Positions 26,921 to 36,567 of a DNA stretch of 64,000 bases are shown here, piece after piece. The stretch is from an uncultured Lachnospiraceae bacterium (GTDB lineage: Bacteria; Bacillota; Clostridia; Lachnospirales; Lachnospiraceae): assembly GCA_937920345.1 (NCBI GenBank), contig CALGVA010000031.1:8824-72823 (forward strand). The letters are read 5' to 3'. Position 1 is the first letter of the stretch. Every line of letters starts with the position of its first letter. The position numbers were made by a program, and so were the translations under genes. The notes below the pieces were generated by a model, which was not told the DNA's origin, searched no databases, and saw only the letters and a program-made list of their open reading frames with translations.

Positions 26921-27841
26921 CTACGCCAGCACATCCCCCACTCTGATCTGTCTCTCACTCTCATACCTGTCGATCAACAGCGAACCGTCCACCGTGCGCA
27001 CCACCGGTTTGCCGTCGAATATATCAATCACCTCACCCGGCGCATAAGCCGAGAAATCAATCATCTCATCGAACGGATGAGCTTCCCACACCGTCACCTG
27101 CTTCTCCCCGATCATGGCATATGCTCCCGGGAAAGGCGCCGCAACGCCGCGGATCAAATTGTAAATCTCCCTTGTTCTCGCATGAAAATCGATCTTCCCG
27201 TCTGCTGCCGTCCGCTTCTGATACCACGAATCATAATCCTTAGACTCTGTGCGGATTACAATATGATCCTCCTGATATGCCTGAAGCAGTCTGCGAATCA
27301 GATTCTTGGAACAGATCATATTCTTGTACTGCGCCGTCCGGATGTCGTCATGCGGCGTAATCGAAAACATCTCCGTCGCAAATACATTCGGGCTGTCCGC
27401 CTTCTCATCATACCTGAACATATTCAGATTAAATCTGGTATCCCCGAGAATAATCGACCAGTTGAGCGGTGACCTTCCCCGTCCGAAGGGCAGATACCCG
27501 CAGTTGCCATGGAATCCGTATATTCCGTACTGAAATGCATCCAGAACCGACGGCGGGATCAGTCTCTGCCATCCCATGGAGATGCCGATATCAAATTCGT
27601 TCTCCTGTATAAACTTCTGCGTTTTCTCATCTGTCAGAAAATAACTGTCCGCCTCATGCACAGGAATCCCGTATTGCTCCGTCAGAACCGACAGCCCCTT
27701 ATACCCTGACACCTGGTTCTTCTTCGTCACCTCCGGACTGATCGTGATTACCAGATCCACCGGGCAGATCTGCTCCTGTATGAAGTTCACAATGTTCTCC
27801 GAAGTGTCTTTTACCCCGAATACCACTACCTTGTATTTCAT
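26921..27841 (-). CDS. formyltransferase-family protein (candidate amino-sugar N-formyltransferase)
   Basis: ISMGWQRLIP...GFHGNCGYLPFGRGRSPLNWSIILG fits the Formyl_trans_N H-x-x-LP-x-x-RG block. GGGAGGAACAGG lies before the ATG at 27841. Confidence 0.65.
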   Translation of the reverse strand: MKYKVVVFGVKDTSENIVNFIQEQICPVDLVITISPEVTKKNQVSGYKGLSVLTEQYGIPVHEADSYFLTDEKTQKFIQENEFDIGISMGWQRLIPPSVLDAFQYGIYGFHGNCGYLPFGRGRSPLNWSIILGDTRFNLNMFRYDEKADSPNVFATEMFSITPHDDIRTAQYKNMICSKNLIRRLLQAYQEDHIVIRTESKDYDSWYQKRTAADGKIDFHARTREIYNLIRGVAAPFPGAYAMIGEKQVTVWEAHPFDEMIDFSAYAPGEVIDIFDGKPVVRTVDGSLLIDRYESERQIRVGDVLA

Positions 27842-27945
27842 CCTGTTCCTCCCGTATTCTTTAATACTGTCCAAGGACCTTTTTCATTTTTTCTATCCTT
27901 CCAGACCGGCACAAGTCCCGTGCTTGAAAATTCTGGTTTTCCGGC

Positions 27946-28869
27946 TTATTCCTTCTGCAGATAGTGCTCGTACAGATAATCCTGCATATTCACATATTCC
28001 TGCACCCGCGTATAGTTATCCAGCACCGCAGGCAGCTTCGCCTCATAAGTCTCCTGTGTACACTCCCTGATCCTGCGTTTCGCCTCCTCGATATCGGGCT
28101 TTTCCAGAAGGATCATGCCGTCCGTATTAAAAAAATCACCGATCTTTCTCGCCCCCAGATACACGGGGATCGTCTGCGCCGCCAGGCAGCTCGTAAGCCG
28201 CTCCGAAAAATAATAGTCCGAAACATCATTCTCAATAATCAGTGAGAAGCGGTAACGGTCCAGCGTCTCGTCCACACTCTGCACATAATCTCCGCCGTCA
28301 AACCGACCGTATGTATCGGCCAGCTGTTCTTTCTTACACGTTCTGGCGAGTTCCAGACGAAATCTGTGGAGCTCGCACATAGTCTTATCCGAGGACAGAA
28401 TGGACAAATCACGGTCTTTTCCCGTATACAGCCCTTCCTTCATCTCCCTATTCCAGATTCCCGCCGCAATCGGATAAAATCTGGCATTTTCAATCTCATT
28501 GAGAATCCGCTCGTCATAGGTAAAAACATAGCGAAACTCCCGCTCCAGTCCTCTGTGCTTATGAAACACCTCATAGTCCTGCGGCACGATCGTGCGGGAT
28601 TCCGTCAGCATACCGTATTTGACCGACGGCTTTCCCAGCGGGTGCGCCATGGATTCCGGTCCGTAGAAGTGCGTATCCAGACCGTAATTATACCGGTCCC
28701 AGAAAAAATATCTGCCCTCATGCCCGAAAGGGGCATGTCTTGAGTGCCTGTTCTTAATGAAATAGGTCTCAAGAGGCTGCCCCTCCGCATTATAGATTCT
28801 AGGCATAGTACCGTCTATCGCATACTCTCTGGCTATCTGTATGCGATAGCTTCCGATTCTTAACTCCAT
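27946..28869 (-). CDS. GT10-like (alpha-1,3/4-fucosyltransferase family) protein
   Basis: FSLIIENDVSDYYFSERLTSCLAAQTIPVYLG fits the GT10 block EN-x3-4-Y-x-[ST]E[KR]...[IV]P[IV]Y-x-G. Confidence 0.6.
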   Translation of the reverse strand: MELRIGSYRIQIAREYAIDGTMPRIYNAEGQPLETYFIKNRHSRHAPFGHEGRYFFWDRYNYGLDTHFYGPESMAHPLGKPSVKYGMLTESRTIVPQDYEVFHKHRGLEREFRYVFTYDERILNEIENARFYPIAAGIWNREMKEGLYTGKDRDLSILSSDKTMCELHRFRLELARTCKKEQLADTYGRFDGGDYVQSVDETLDRYRFSLIIENDVSDYYFSERLTSCLAAQTIPVYLGARKIGDFFNTDGMILLEKPDIEEAKRRIRECTQETYEAKLPAVLDNYTRVQEYVNMQDYLYEHYLQKE

Positions 28870-28878
28870 ACGTTTCTC

Positions 28879-29856
28879 CTACGCAAGGTATTCCTTATAC
28901 CAGTCGATCGCCAGTGCGATTCCCCTCTCGAAATCAAACTCCGGATTATAGCCAAGCAGTTCCCGCGCCTTGCTGATATCCGCGTTGGAATCCCGCACGT
29001 CACCCTTTCGGGCAGGTCCGTAATGAGGCTCCACTTTTTTACCCAGCGCCTCGCAGAGATATTTGTAAATATCGTTCAGGAACAGTCTGCCGCCGGCGCC
29101 GATGTTATATGCCTGCCCCGCCGCATCGGAAGAAGCCTTGCAGGCGCGCAGATTGGCCTCAATCACATTATCGATATAGGTAAAATCTCTCGACTGCATA
29201 CCGTCTCCGTTAATGGTGGGCACTTCACCGTGGAGAAGCTGTTTCAGAAACTTCGGTATCACGGCGGCATACATGCCGTCCGGATCCTGTCTGCGTCCGA
29301 ATACATTAAAATACCGCAGTCCGTAGGTATCCAGCCCGTACAGTTCCTTATACAACCGTCCGTACTCCTCATCCACTTTCTTCGTCAGCGCATAGGGGGA
29401 GATCACATTGCCCTCCTGCCCCTCTTTCTTCGGGAGCGTAGTCGAATCACCATACACGGAAGAACTGGACGCGTAGACAAACTTCTTCACGCCGCACGTT
29501 CTCGCCGCCTCCATCATATTTAAGGTGCCGCGTATGTTGATCTCTTCATACAGAAGCGGCATCTCAATACTGCGCGGCACACTGCCCCAGGCCGCCTGAT
29601 TCAACACATAATCCACGCCGTCCATAGCCGCCTTACAGGTCTCCAGATCCCTGATGTCACCCTCGATAAAGGTAAATCTGTCATTCTTCGTGAGCGGCTC
29701 AATATTCTCATATTTTCCAGTAGAAAGATTGTCGAGGCAGCGCACGGTATACCCCATGTCGATCAACGCCTCACAGATATTGGAACCGATAAAACCTGCC
29801 CCGCCGCCTACCAGAAACACACTCTCTGCATCAAATTTTACATCACGATATCCCAT
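28879..29856 (-). CDS. NAD-dependent SDR epimerase, WbpP/TviC-like (UDP-HexNAc or UDP-HexNAcA 4-epimerase)
   Basis: GGAGFIGSNICEALIDMGY..LDNLSTGK, with the catalytic SPYALTK (Y-x3-K). GGAGGA lies 5 nt before the ATG at 29856. Confidence 0.75.
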   Translation of the reverse strand: MGYRDVKFDAESVFLVGGGAGFIGSNICEALIDMGYTVRCLDNLSTGKYENIEPLTKNDRFTFIEGDIRDLETCKAAMDGVDYVLNQAAWGSVPRSIEMPLLYEEINIRGTLNMMEAARTCGVKKFVYASSSSVYGDSTTLPKKEGQEGNVISPYALTKKVDEEYGRLYKELYGLDTYGLRYFNVFGRRQDPDGMYAAVIPKFLKQLLHGEVPTINGDGMQSRDFTYIDNVIEANLRACKASSDAAGQAYNIGAGGRLFLNDIYKYLCEALGKKVEPHYGPARKGDVRDSNADISKARELLGYNPEFDFERGIALAIDWYKEYLA

Positions 29857-29899
29857 TTTCTCCTCCATTCCGAAATCTTTATCATTATAACGCCCAAGA

Positions 29900-31255
29900 C
29901 TAAGAATCAGACTTGTGCCATTGCTCCCTGACTAACAGAAACAGACCCGTGTAGAAAATCGAAAATCCATAGATCATATACCGCGACAGGCACATGATCG
30001 TCATGGACGTGGCACAGACATTCGCCGCGATAAAGAGCAGCGCAACACCTGTCACAAATGCGGCATCTCTTCGCTTCCTTCCGCGCAGTACCTGCCACAC
30101 GGCAAGCCCGACCGCCATCCCGTAAAGAACCGCCGCCAACCAGTTGATCACAGGATGCACCACCGCAATGCTTCTGATAAATCCATGCACGCACAGCAGG
30201 ATATAGTCATATAACCATTGTCTCAAACACACCGGAAGAAGTCCGGCAATCATGCTTCCTGCCAGCTCATCTGACATACTGCTTTGCTGATAATAATCCA
30301 CCTCGCCGAGTCCAAAGAAATAAGCTGTCAGATTCGCTTCCAGCACCCGGAACTTCAGTTCGTCATGGCATCCTTCCAGATGCGCCGCCCGCTCTGCCAG
30401 GGTTCTGCCCCCGTATTTATAGTTCAGTTCTCCGGCATCCGCCTCCGCATAGAAAAGGTCAAAAAATTCCCGCTCGAGGCTGCCTGTTGCAAACACCTCT
30501 CCATCCTCCTCATCACAGGCATAGATCACGTTCGTCAGTGTATTGACCTGCGCATAGGTGTTTCCCATAAAATAACCCGTTACGCCGTAATTATACACGT
30601 GAATCGTCAGACTGCGCAGCCCGAATGTCAGCAAAACCGTTACTACGGGTATGAATAAGATTCTATATTTTTTGTGCGCCAGCATCTGCAGGCATACGAT
30701 CACCATCCACATCAGGATCGTAGTCATCATCTGTCCTCTGGTCATGGACAGCAGGAACGCGAGCAGCAGGCTTAAGACCGCATCCCGCCTGTGACGCTCA
30801 AACAGCATACGCAGCAGAAAATACAGGAAAAAGTGAAAGAGCGGAATGCACAGCGCCTCGCTCATCACCGAATTTTCCAGAAAAATGTGCAGTGCGGATA
30901 CATACCGCGTCATCAGATGCGGCACCAGATGCAGCAGAACCACCAGCAGTTCTTCCCACAACCGCAGGCCAAAATGCGCCGCAACGTACCCGGCAAACAG
31001 CCAGATCCCGACCGCAGTCAACACATTCTGCACTGCTGCGGCCACCGTCAGATATCCGTCACCGCATATTGTACGAAACAGAGCCAGAAACAGCGGGTAC
31101 AGCGGTTCCCGGTGTATATGCATCGTGATATACTGCTCGGAATCATTATAGACTCCCACCCCGCAGACTGCCAGCATCCCCAGAAAAAATATGAGCAGCC
31201 CTGAAAGTATGCACCCTGATTTAATTACTTGTGTTCTTTTCTCTACAGTCTCCAA
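29900..31255 (-). CDS. polytopic membrane protein, function unknown (candidate polymerase or GT-C)
   Basis: More than 10 hydrophobic helices, with YNDSEQY after TM1. It is wedged between the epimerase and dehydrogenase genes and overlaps the dehydrogenase gene by 13 nt. Confidence 0.4.
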   Translation of the reverse strand: METVEKRTQVIKSGCILSGLLIFFLGMLAVCGVGVYNDSEQYITMHIHREPLYPLFLALFRTICGDGYLTVAAAVQNVLTAVGIWLFAGYVAAHFGLRLWEELLVVLLHLVPHLMTRYVSALHIFLENSVMSEALCIPLFHFFLYFLLRMLFERHRRDAVLSLLLAFLLSMTRGQMMTTILMWMVIVCLQMLAHKKYRILFIPVVTVLLTFGLRSLTIHVYNYGVTGYFMGNTYAQVNTLTNVIYACDEEDGEVFATGSLEREFFDLFYAEADAGELNYKYGGRTLAERAAHLEGCHDELKFRVLEANLTAYFFGLGEVDYYQQSSMSDELAGSMIAGLLPVCLRQWLYDYILLCVHGFIRSIAVVHPVINWLAAVLYGMAVGLAVWQVLRGRKRRDAAFVTGVALLFIAANVCATSMTIMCLSRYMIYGFSIFYTGLFLLVREQWHKSDS

Positions 31256-32559
31256 TACAGATAATCCTCTGTCAGGTATTCTTTCCTGTCTAACAGTCCT
31301 TTAATATCCAGCAAAACCTTACGCTTATGTGACGGTGCATAGAATGCCGCGATCTGCTCCCTGTCAAGCTTCAGGAAATCGTCGTGCGCTACCGCGATGA
31401 TCACCGCGTCCATGCCCCTGACTTCTTCCATTGTCTGAAAAGTGATCCCGTACAGCCTTTTCGCCTCATCTGCATCCGCCGCAGGATCCACCACCATGGG
31501 AGTGATTCCGTATTCCCCCAGTTCTTTATAGATATCGATCACCTTCGTGTTTCTCGTATCGGGGCAGTTCTCCTTAAATGTAAAACCAAGAATCGCCACA
31601 CGGGCACGCTTGACCGGAATATCCGCCCTGATCAGGCTCTTTACGAGGCTTTCCGCTACATATTTACCCATATCATCATTAATGCGGCGGCCCGACAGGA
31701 TGATCTGCGAGTGGTATCCCAGTTCCTCTGCTTTATAGGTCAGATAATAAGGATCTACGCCGATACAGTGACCGCCTACAAGACCGGGCATGAATTTCAG
31801 GAAGTTCCACTTCGTCCCGGCGGCATCCAGTACTGCCTTCGTGTCGATATCCATCTTGTGAAAAATCATAGAAAGTTCATTCATAAACGCAATGTTGATA
31901 TCCCGCTGGCTGTTCTCAATCACCTTCGCAGCCTCCGCCACCTTGATGGATTCCGCACGGTACACGCCCGCCTCCACCACCAGCTCATATACTCTGGCTA
32001 TGGTATCTAACGTCTCCTCGTCCATGCCGGATACGATCTTCGTGATGGTTTCCAATCTGTGTACCTTATCCCCCGGATTGATCCGCTCCGGAGAATAGCC
32101 GATCTTGAAATCCACACCACACTTCAGTCCGGATTCCTCTTCCAGAATCGGCACGCAGATCTCCTCCGTGACACCGGGATATACCGTCGATTCAAATACC
32201 ACGACAGAACCTTTCATCAGGTTCTGTCCCAGAATGCGGCTGGCGCCCTCCACCGGTGTCAAATCCGGCGTGTGATCGTCATTGACCGGCGTCGGTACGG
32301 CTACGATATGAAACTTCGCCTCCCGCAGTTTCGCGGGATCAGCCGTAAATTCTACCTTCGTATTTCTAATCACCTCATCGCCCACTTCATTGGTCGGATC
32401 GATCCCGTTCTGATACAACTCGATCTTCTTCTCATTGAGGTCGAATCCCACCACGCCTATCTTTCTCGCAAAAGCGACGGCAATCGGCATACCTACATAA
32501 CCGAGTCCCACCAGAGATACTTTTTCTTCTCCCTTTACAATCTTTTCATATAAGTCCAT
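31243..32559 (-). CDS. nucleotide-sugar 6-dehydrogenase, WbpO/TviB/Cap5O-like
   Basis: Rossmann motif VSLVGLGYVGMPIAVAF and catalytic-Cys block GGHCIGVDPYYL. Confidence 0.8.
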   Translation of the reverse strand: MDLYEKIVKGEEKVSLVGLGYVGMPIAVAFARKIGVVGFDLNEKKIELYQNGIDPTNEVGDEVIRNTKVEFTADPAKLREAKFHIVAVPTPVNDDHTPDLTPVEGASRILGQNLMKGSVVVFESTVYPGVTEEICVPILEEESGLKCGVDFKIGYSPERINPGDKVHRLETITKIVSGMDEETLDTIARVYELVVEAGVYRAESIKVAEAAKVIENSQRDINIAFMNELSMIFHKMDIDTKAVLDAAGTKWNFLKFMPGLVGGHCIGVDPYYLTYKAEELGYHSQIILSGRRINDDMGKYVAESLVKSLIRADIPVKRARVAILGFTFKENCPDTRNTKVIDIYKELGEYGITPMVVDPAADADEAKRLYGITFQTMEEVRGMDAVIIAVAHDDFLKLDREQIAAFYAPSHKRKVLLDIKGLLDRKEYLTEDYLYWRL

Positions 32560-33652
32560 TTTTTTCCTCCACTCCGATAATGTTCCTTACCTCGTCCATA
32601 TATTCCCCCGTCACAAGCTTACGGTCGAATTCCCGTTCCATCTTCTCTCTGCCTGCCCGCCCCATCGCGGCACGCTCATCGACAGAAAGCGCCAGGAATT
32701 TCTTCATCGCCCCGATCAGCTCGTCCGCATGACCGGGCGTAAAACCGAAGCCGGTCCTGCCATCCTCGAAAGCCTCCAGACAGCCGCTGATATTCGAAGC
32801 GATCACCGGTCTTCCCGTCGCCGCACCCTCAATCAGCGCATTGGACATTCCTTCATGGAAAGAGGCCACCACAATCGCACTCGCCGCCGTCAGATAAGGG
32901 TGCACCTCTGTATGAAACCCGATCTGGCGCACAACGCCTTCCCGCTCCAGCGCATCCAGCATATCCTGATAATCTTCATCGCAGTACCCCATAATATCAA
33001 AGATAACCTTATCGCTATGTAACGCTCGCGCCGCCTCGATATACTCCAGAATACCCCGTTCCTTCATCACCCTGCCGACAAAGAGGAAATGCGTCTCATC
33101 GCCTGACGGATACGGCTCATACTTATGCCTGTCCAGATTTACACCGGAACCCATAACCATCCTCGTCTTCTTCGGCGTAATGCCAAACCTTTTAAAAATC
33201 CCTCTGTTTTCCTCATTCTGAAAGAAAACACATGCGGCACACTTAAGCCCTGTCCTGTACATGGTAACGATTACCTTCAGGAACATCCCCGTCCGGTCAA
33301 AGGCGCCGCCCAGTCCCGTGATCGTGGCGATATATGGAATCCTCCGTCTCGCGGCGGCAAACCCGCCGTATATATTCGGTTTGATCGTGTACGTCACCAC
33401 CAGATCGGGCCTCAGTTCCTTCATCAGCCTTTTGTACGCGCGGTACAGTTTCAGATCCTCCAGCGGATTCATGCCCCTGCGGTTGATTGCCGTCTTCACG
33501 ATCCGGCACCCTTCTGCCGCCAGTTCCTTCTCTTTCACATCGTCCGGCATACTGACATACACCTCATGCTCCGCCAGCATCGCCTGCACGAACTCATTGC
33601 GGAAATCATACAGTCCGCCGGAAGAATTTGTCAAAACCAGTATTCTGCCCAT
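32546..33652 (-). CDS. GT4-family glycosyltransferase (position analogous to PglA)
   Basis: ASFHEGMSNALIEGAATGRPVIASNISGCLEAFEDGRTGF. Confidence 0.75.
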   Translation of the reverse strand: MGRILVLTNSSGGLYDFRNEFVQAMLAEHEVYVSMPDDVKEKELAAEGCRIVKTAINRRGMNPLEDLKLYRAYKRLMKELRPDLVVTYTIKPNIYGGFAAARRRIPYIATITGLGGAFDRTGMFLKVIVTMYRTGLKCAACVFFQNEENRGIFKRFGITPKKTRMVMGSGVNLDRHKYEPYPSGDETHFLFVGRVMKERGILEYIEAARALHSDKVIFDIMGYCDEDYQDMLDALEREGVVRQIGFHTEVHPYLTAASAIVVASFHEGMSNALIEGAATGRPVIASNISGCLEAFEDGRTGFGFTPGHADELIGAMKKFLALSVDERAAMGRAGREKMEREFDRKLVTGEYMDEVRNIIGVEEKNGLI

Positions 33653-33676
33653 CGTTTTCTCCCATTCCTGTACAGG

Positions 33677-34660
33677 TTACACTACAATATCTTCTCCGTT
33701 CATATCGCGGACCACTATCTCATTATACTTCATCATGCAGATATTTTCCAAATAATTCCCGATATCGACCGGATTCTCCTGCCCTTCCAGATTGCGGACC
33801 ACCGACGATGCCATATTGACGCCGCAGGCATACGCGTGCGGATAGCCGCCGCCAAAGCGGGGATTCACCTCAGAAATATAATAGACCCCGCCGATTTCAA
33901 AGATATCAATATCAATCATCCCCCGGAAACCGCACGACTCCACGAAACTTCGAATCAGTGCAAACAGGTTCTCATCTTTAACAGACACGGATTTATCTGT
34001 CTCTCCGGCGCGCATCCTGATTTTCTTCTTGACAAAAATCGACGTGCACTTACCGGTTATCATGTCAATATACACGTCCGCACCGTATTCCTGTCCGTCC
34101 ATGTACTCCTGTATCATCAGATCATCGTAGAGATCATACAGCACCTCGATCTCCTTACGCCCCTCTACTTTGTTAATATGCAGGCTGGCACTGCCGCACA
34201 CAGGCTTCACAAACACCGGATAGGAAATCTCTCCCGTCTCCACCGCCTGATAGAAACATTCCTTATCAGAATAGCATCTGCCGGTCGGAATCTGCATCCT
34301 GCCAAGCAGCTCATACATCCTGTATTTATTCAAACAGGTTTCCACCAGATCATAATCCGATACAACCGGCGTCGTGCCGACCGCCAGAAATTTGTCCCGT
34401 TCTTTCGCCAACATACTCAGTTCCGGATCAATCAGTGAGAATACACCCGTTATTTTTTCTTTTTTACAGATATCCAGAATCACTTCCATATAATCCGGCG
34501 CCGTGATGCGCGGCACCAGATAGAAAGCATCCGCGTCGTAGACAGCCGGTGCCAGATTACTGCAGTCTGTAGCGATCACCCTGCCTCTGCCGGCTAATTC
34601 TTTTTTAAAATACTGCACGATCTTATTCCGCGTGCCCGCGCTCAATATCAATATATTCAA
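33677..34660 (-). CDS. ATP-grasp ligase
   Basis: ILILSAGTRNKIVQYFKKEL (pre-ATP-grasp), YPVFVKPVCGSAS, IQEYMDGQEYGADVY, ISEVNPRFGGGYPHAY. The start overlaps the PGT stop by 4 nt. Confidence 0.7.
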   Translation of the reverse strand: MNILILSAGTRNKIVQYFKKELAGRGRVIATDCSNLAPAVYDADAFYLVPRITAPDYMEVILDICKKEKITGVFSLIDPELSMLAKERDKFLAVGTTPVVSDYDLVETCLNKYRMYELLGRMQIPTGRCYSDKECFYQAVETGEISYPVFVKPVCGSASLHINKVEGRKEIEVLYDLYDDLMIQEYMDGQEYGADVYIDMITGKCTSIFVKKKIRMRAGETDKSVSVKDENLFALIRSFVESCGFRGMIDIDIFEIGGVYYISEVNPRFGGGYPHAYACGVNMASSVVRNLEGQENPVDIGNYLENICMMKYNEIVVRDMNGEDIVV

Positions 34661-35307
34661 TCTGACACCTGTGCCTTTCTCTGTTCTTCCATTCTCTTCC
34701 TGCGGATCTCCGCGAAGTTGCCCTCCACCGCATTGGTGTCCTCTGCCACCTCATCGGTATGTCCCAGCACCGTCTTCACCGTCATCCACAGTACCTTCAC
34801 ATCCATCCCGAAAGTAAGATGCTCCACATATTCCACATCCCTGGCAAGCCGCCTGTCCCAGTCGATATAATTGCGTCCGCTGACCTGCGCCAAGCCCGTC
34901 AGGCCGGGACGCACGCTGTGCCGGAGTTTCTCACGCTCACTGTAATACGGCAGATACGACACCAGAAGCGGTCTCGGCCCTATGATGCTCATGTCTCCTT
35001 TTAAGATATTAAACAGTTCCGGCAATTCGTCCAGACTCGTCCCTCTCAGGAACCTGCCGAACTTCGTCAGCCGCACCGCATCCGGCAGCAGATGACCGTT
35101 CTCGTCTTTTTCATCCGTCATCGTACGGAATTTACACAGCGTAAAGATCTTTTCATTCCTGCCCGGACGCTCCTGCCGAAACAGAACCGGGCTTCCCAGC
35201 TTCACGCGCACCAGAATACAGAGTACCAGCAGGATCGGGCTGAGCACTACAATACCGCACAGTGACAACAGAAAATCTAAAGCTCGCTTGATATATTTCT
35301 TATACAT
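34657..35307 (-). CDS. small monotopic phosphoglycosyl transferase, PglC/WcfS type (second initiating PGT)
   Basis: KRALDFLLSLCGIVVLSPILL, GSPVLFRQERPGRNEKIFTLCKFRTM, DELPELFNILKGDMSIIGPRPL. Confidence 0.85.
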   Translation of the reverse strand: MYKKYIKRALDFLLSLCGIVVLSPILLVLCILVRVKLGSPVLFRQERPGRNEKIFTLCKFRTMTDEKDENGHLLPDAVRLTKFGRFLRGTSLDELPELFNILKGDMSIIGPRPLLVSYLPYYSEREKLRHSVRPGLTGLAQVSGRNYIDWDRRLARDVEYVEHLTFGMDVKVLWMTVKTVLGHTDEVAEDTNAVEGNFAEIRRKRMEEQRKAQVSD

Positions 35308-35342
35308 ATACGATTCCTCTTTATCTCACGTCCCGGTACAAA

Positions 35343-36494
35343 TCATAATAATCCGTCTCCGAAGCACCCGCGCACTGTGCGGATGATCAGTTCCATATCT
35401 TCCTCTGTGTTCTTGATATCGCTGGGCAGGCAGAGCCCTCTGTGGAACACATCTGTTCCCACGCTGCTGCCGTCCTCATGATGGGTGATAAAATCATATT
35501 TTTCAAAAACAGGCTGCAGGTGCATCGGCTTCCAGATCGGTCTGCTCTCAATGTTCTCTTCCGCCAGCGCATCCATTACCATATCAGGTGTTACATTACA
35601 CCCGTTCTCAATCGTCATGCAGGACAGCCAGCAGTTTGCATCACCGTCTTCGTTCAATGGGTTCATGGTAATCTGCGGCAGATCCGCGAAAGCTTCCCGA
35701 TACTGCCTGTAGATCGCCTGTTTCTTCGCCTTATGCTCCTCTATATGGAGAAGCTGCCCTCTGCCGATTCCCGCCGTGACATTGCTCATGCGGTAATTGT
35801 AACCGATCTGAGAATGCTGATAATGTCTGGCCGGATCTCTCGCCTGTGTAGCCAGAAATGTCGCCTGTTTTGTCGCTTCCTCGTCGGCCGACACCAGCAT
35901 GCCGCCGCCGGAAGTCGTAATAATCTTATTGCCGTTAAAAGAATAGATTCCGTATTTGCCGAAAGTGCCCGTATGGCGTCCTTTATACGTACTGCTTAAA
36001 GATTCCGCCGCATCCTCGATCATCGGTACATGATGCTCTTCACAGATCGCCATGATCTCATCCAGTTTCGCAGGTGTACCGTAGAGGTGCACACAGATTA
36101 CCGCCTTTGGATGCGGATATTTCTCAAATGCCCTGCGCAGTGCCTCCGGAGACATGTTCCAGGTATCCGGTTCCGCATCGATAAACACGGGTGTCGCAGC
36201 CTCGTACGCAATCGGATTACAGGTTGCAGAAAATGTCAGATCTGACACAAACACAATATCCCCGGGACACACCCCGGCCAGCTTAAGCGCCAGATGGATC
36301 GCCGCCGTTCCTGCGCTTAACGCCGCCGCATGACCGCACCCTGTATACGCTGCAATCTCCTCTTCAAAAGAACTGACATTAGGTCCAAGCGGCGCAATCC
36401 AGTTGGTATCAAACGCTTCCTGCACATATTTCTGTTCCTCGCCATGCATAGTCGGACACGATAAGTATATCCTTTTTTTCTCCATAACAGACAC
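35343..36494 (-). CDS. DegT/DnrJ/EryC1-family sugar aminotransferase (PglE/EpsN-like)
   Basis: LSCPTMHGEEQKYVQEAFDTNWIAPLGPNV, GDIVFVSDLTFSAT, and the PLP-lysine block YSFNGNKIITTSGGG. Confidence 0.85.
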   Translation of the reverse strand: MSVMEKKRIYLSCPTMHGEEQKYVQEAFDTNWIAPLGPNVSSFEEEIAAYTGCGHAAALSAGTAAIHLALKLAGVCPGDIVFVSDLTFSATCNPIAYEAATPVFIDAEPDTWNMSPEALRRAFEKYPHPKAVICVHLYGTPAKLDEIMAICEEHHVPMIEDAAESLSSTYKGRHTGTFGKYGIYSFNGNKIITTSGGGMLVSADEEATKQATFLATQARDPARHYQHSQIGYNYRMSNVTAGIGRGQLLHIEEHKAKKQAIYRQYREAFADLPQITMNPLNEDGDANCWLSCMTIENGCNVTPDMVMDALAEENIESRPIWKPMHLQPVFEKYDFITHHEDGSSVGTDVFHRGLCLPSDIKNTEEDMELIIRTVRGCFGDGLL

Positions 36495-36567
36495 CCTTCC
36501 TTTCTGTTCCTGCCAAACCTCTCCGCTCTGTATGCCAGACCCTGATCAGCCGCATCCATCTATCGCA

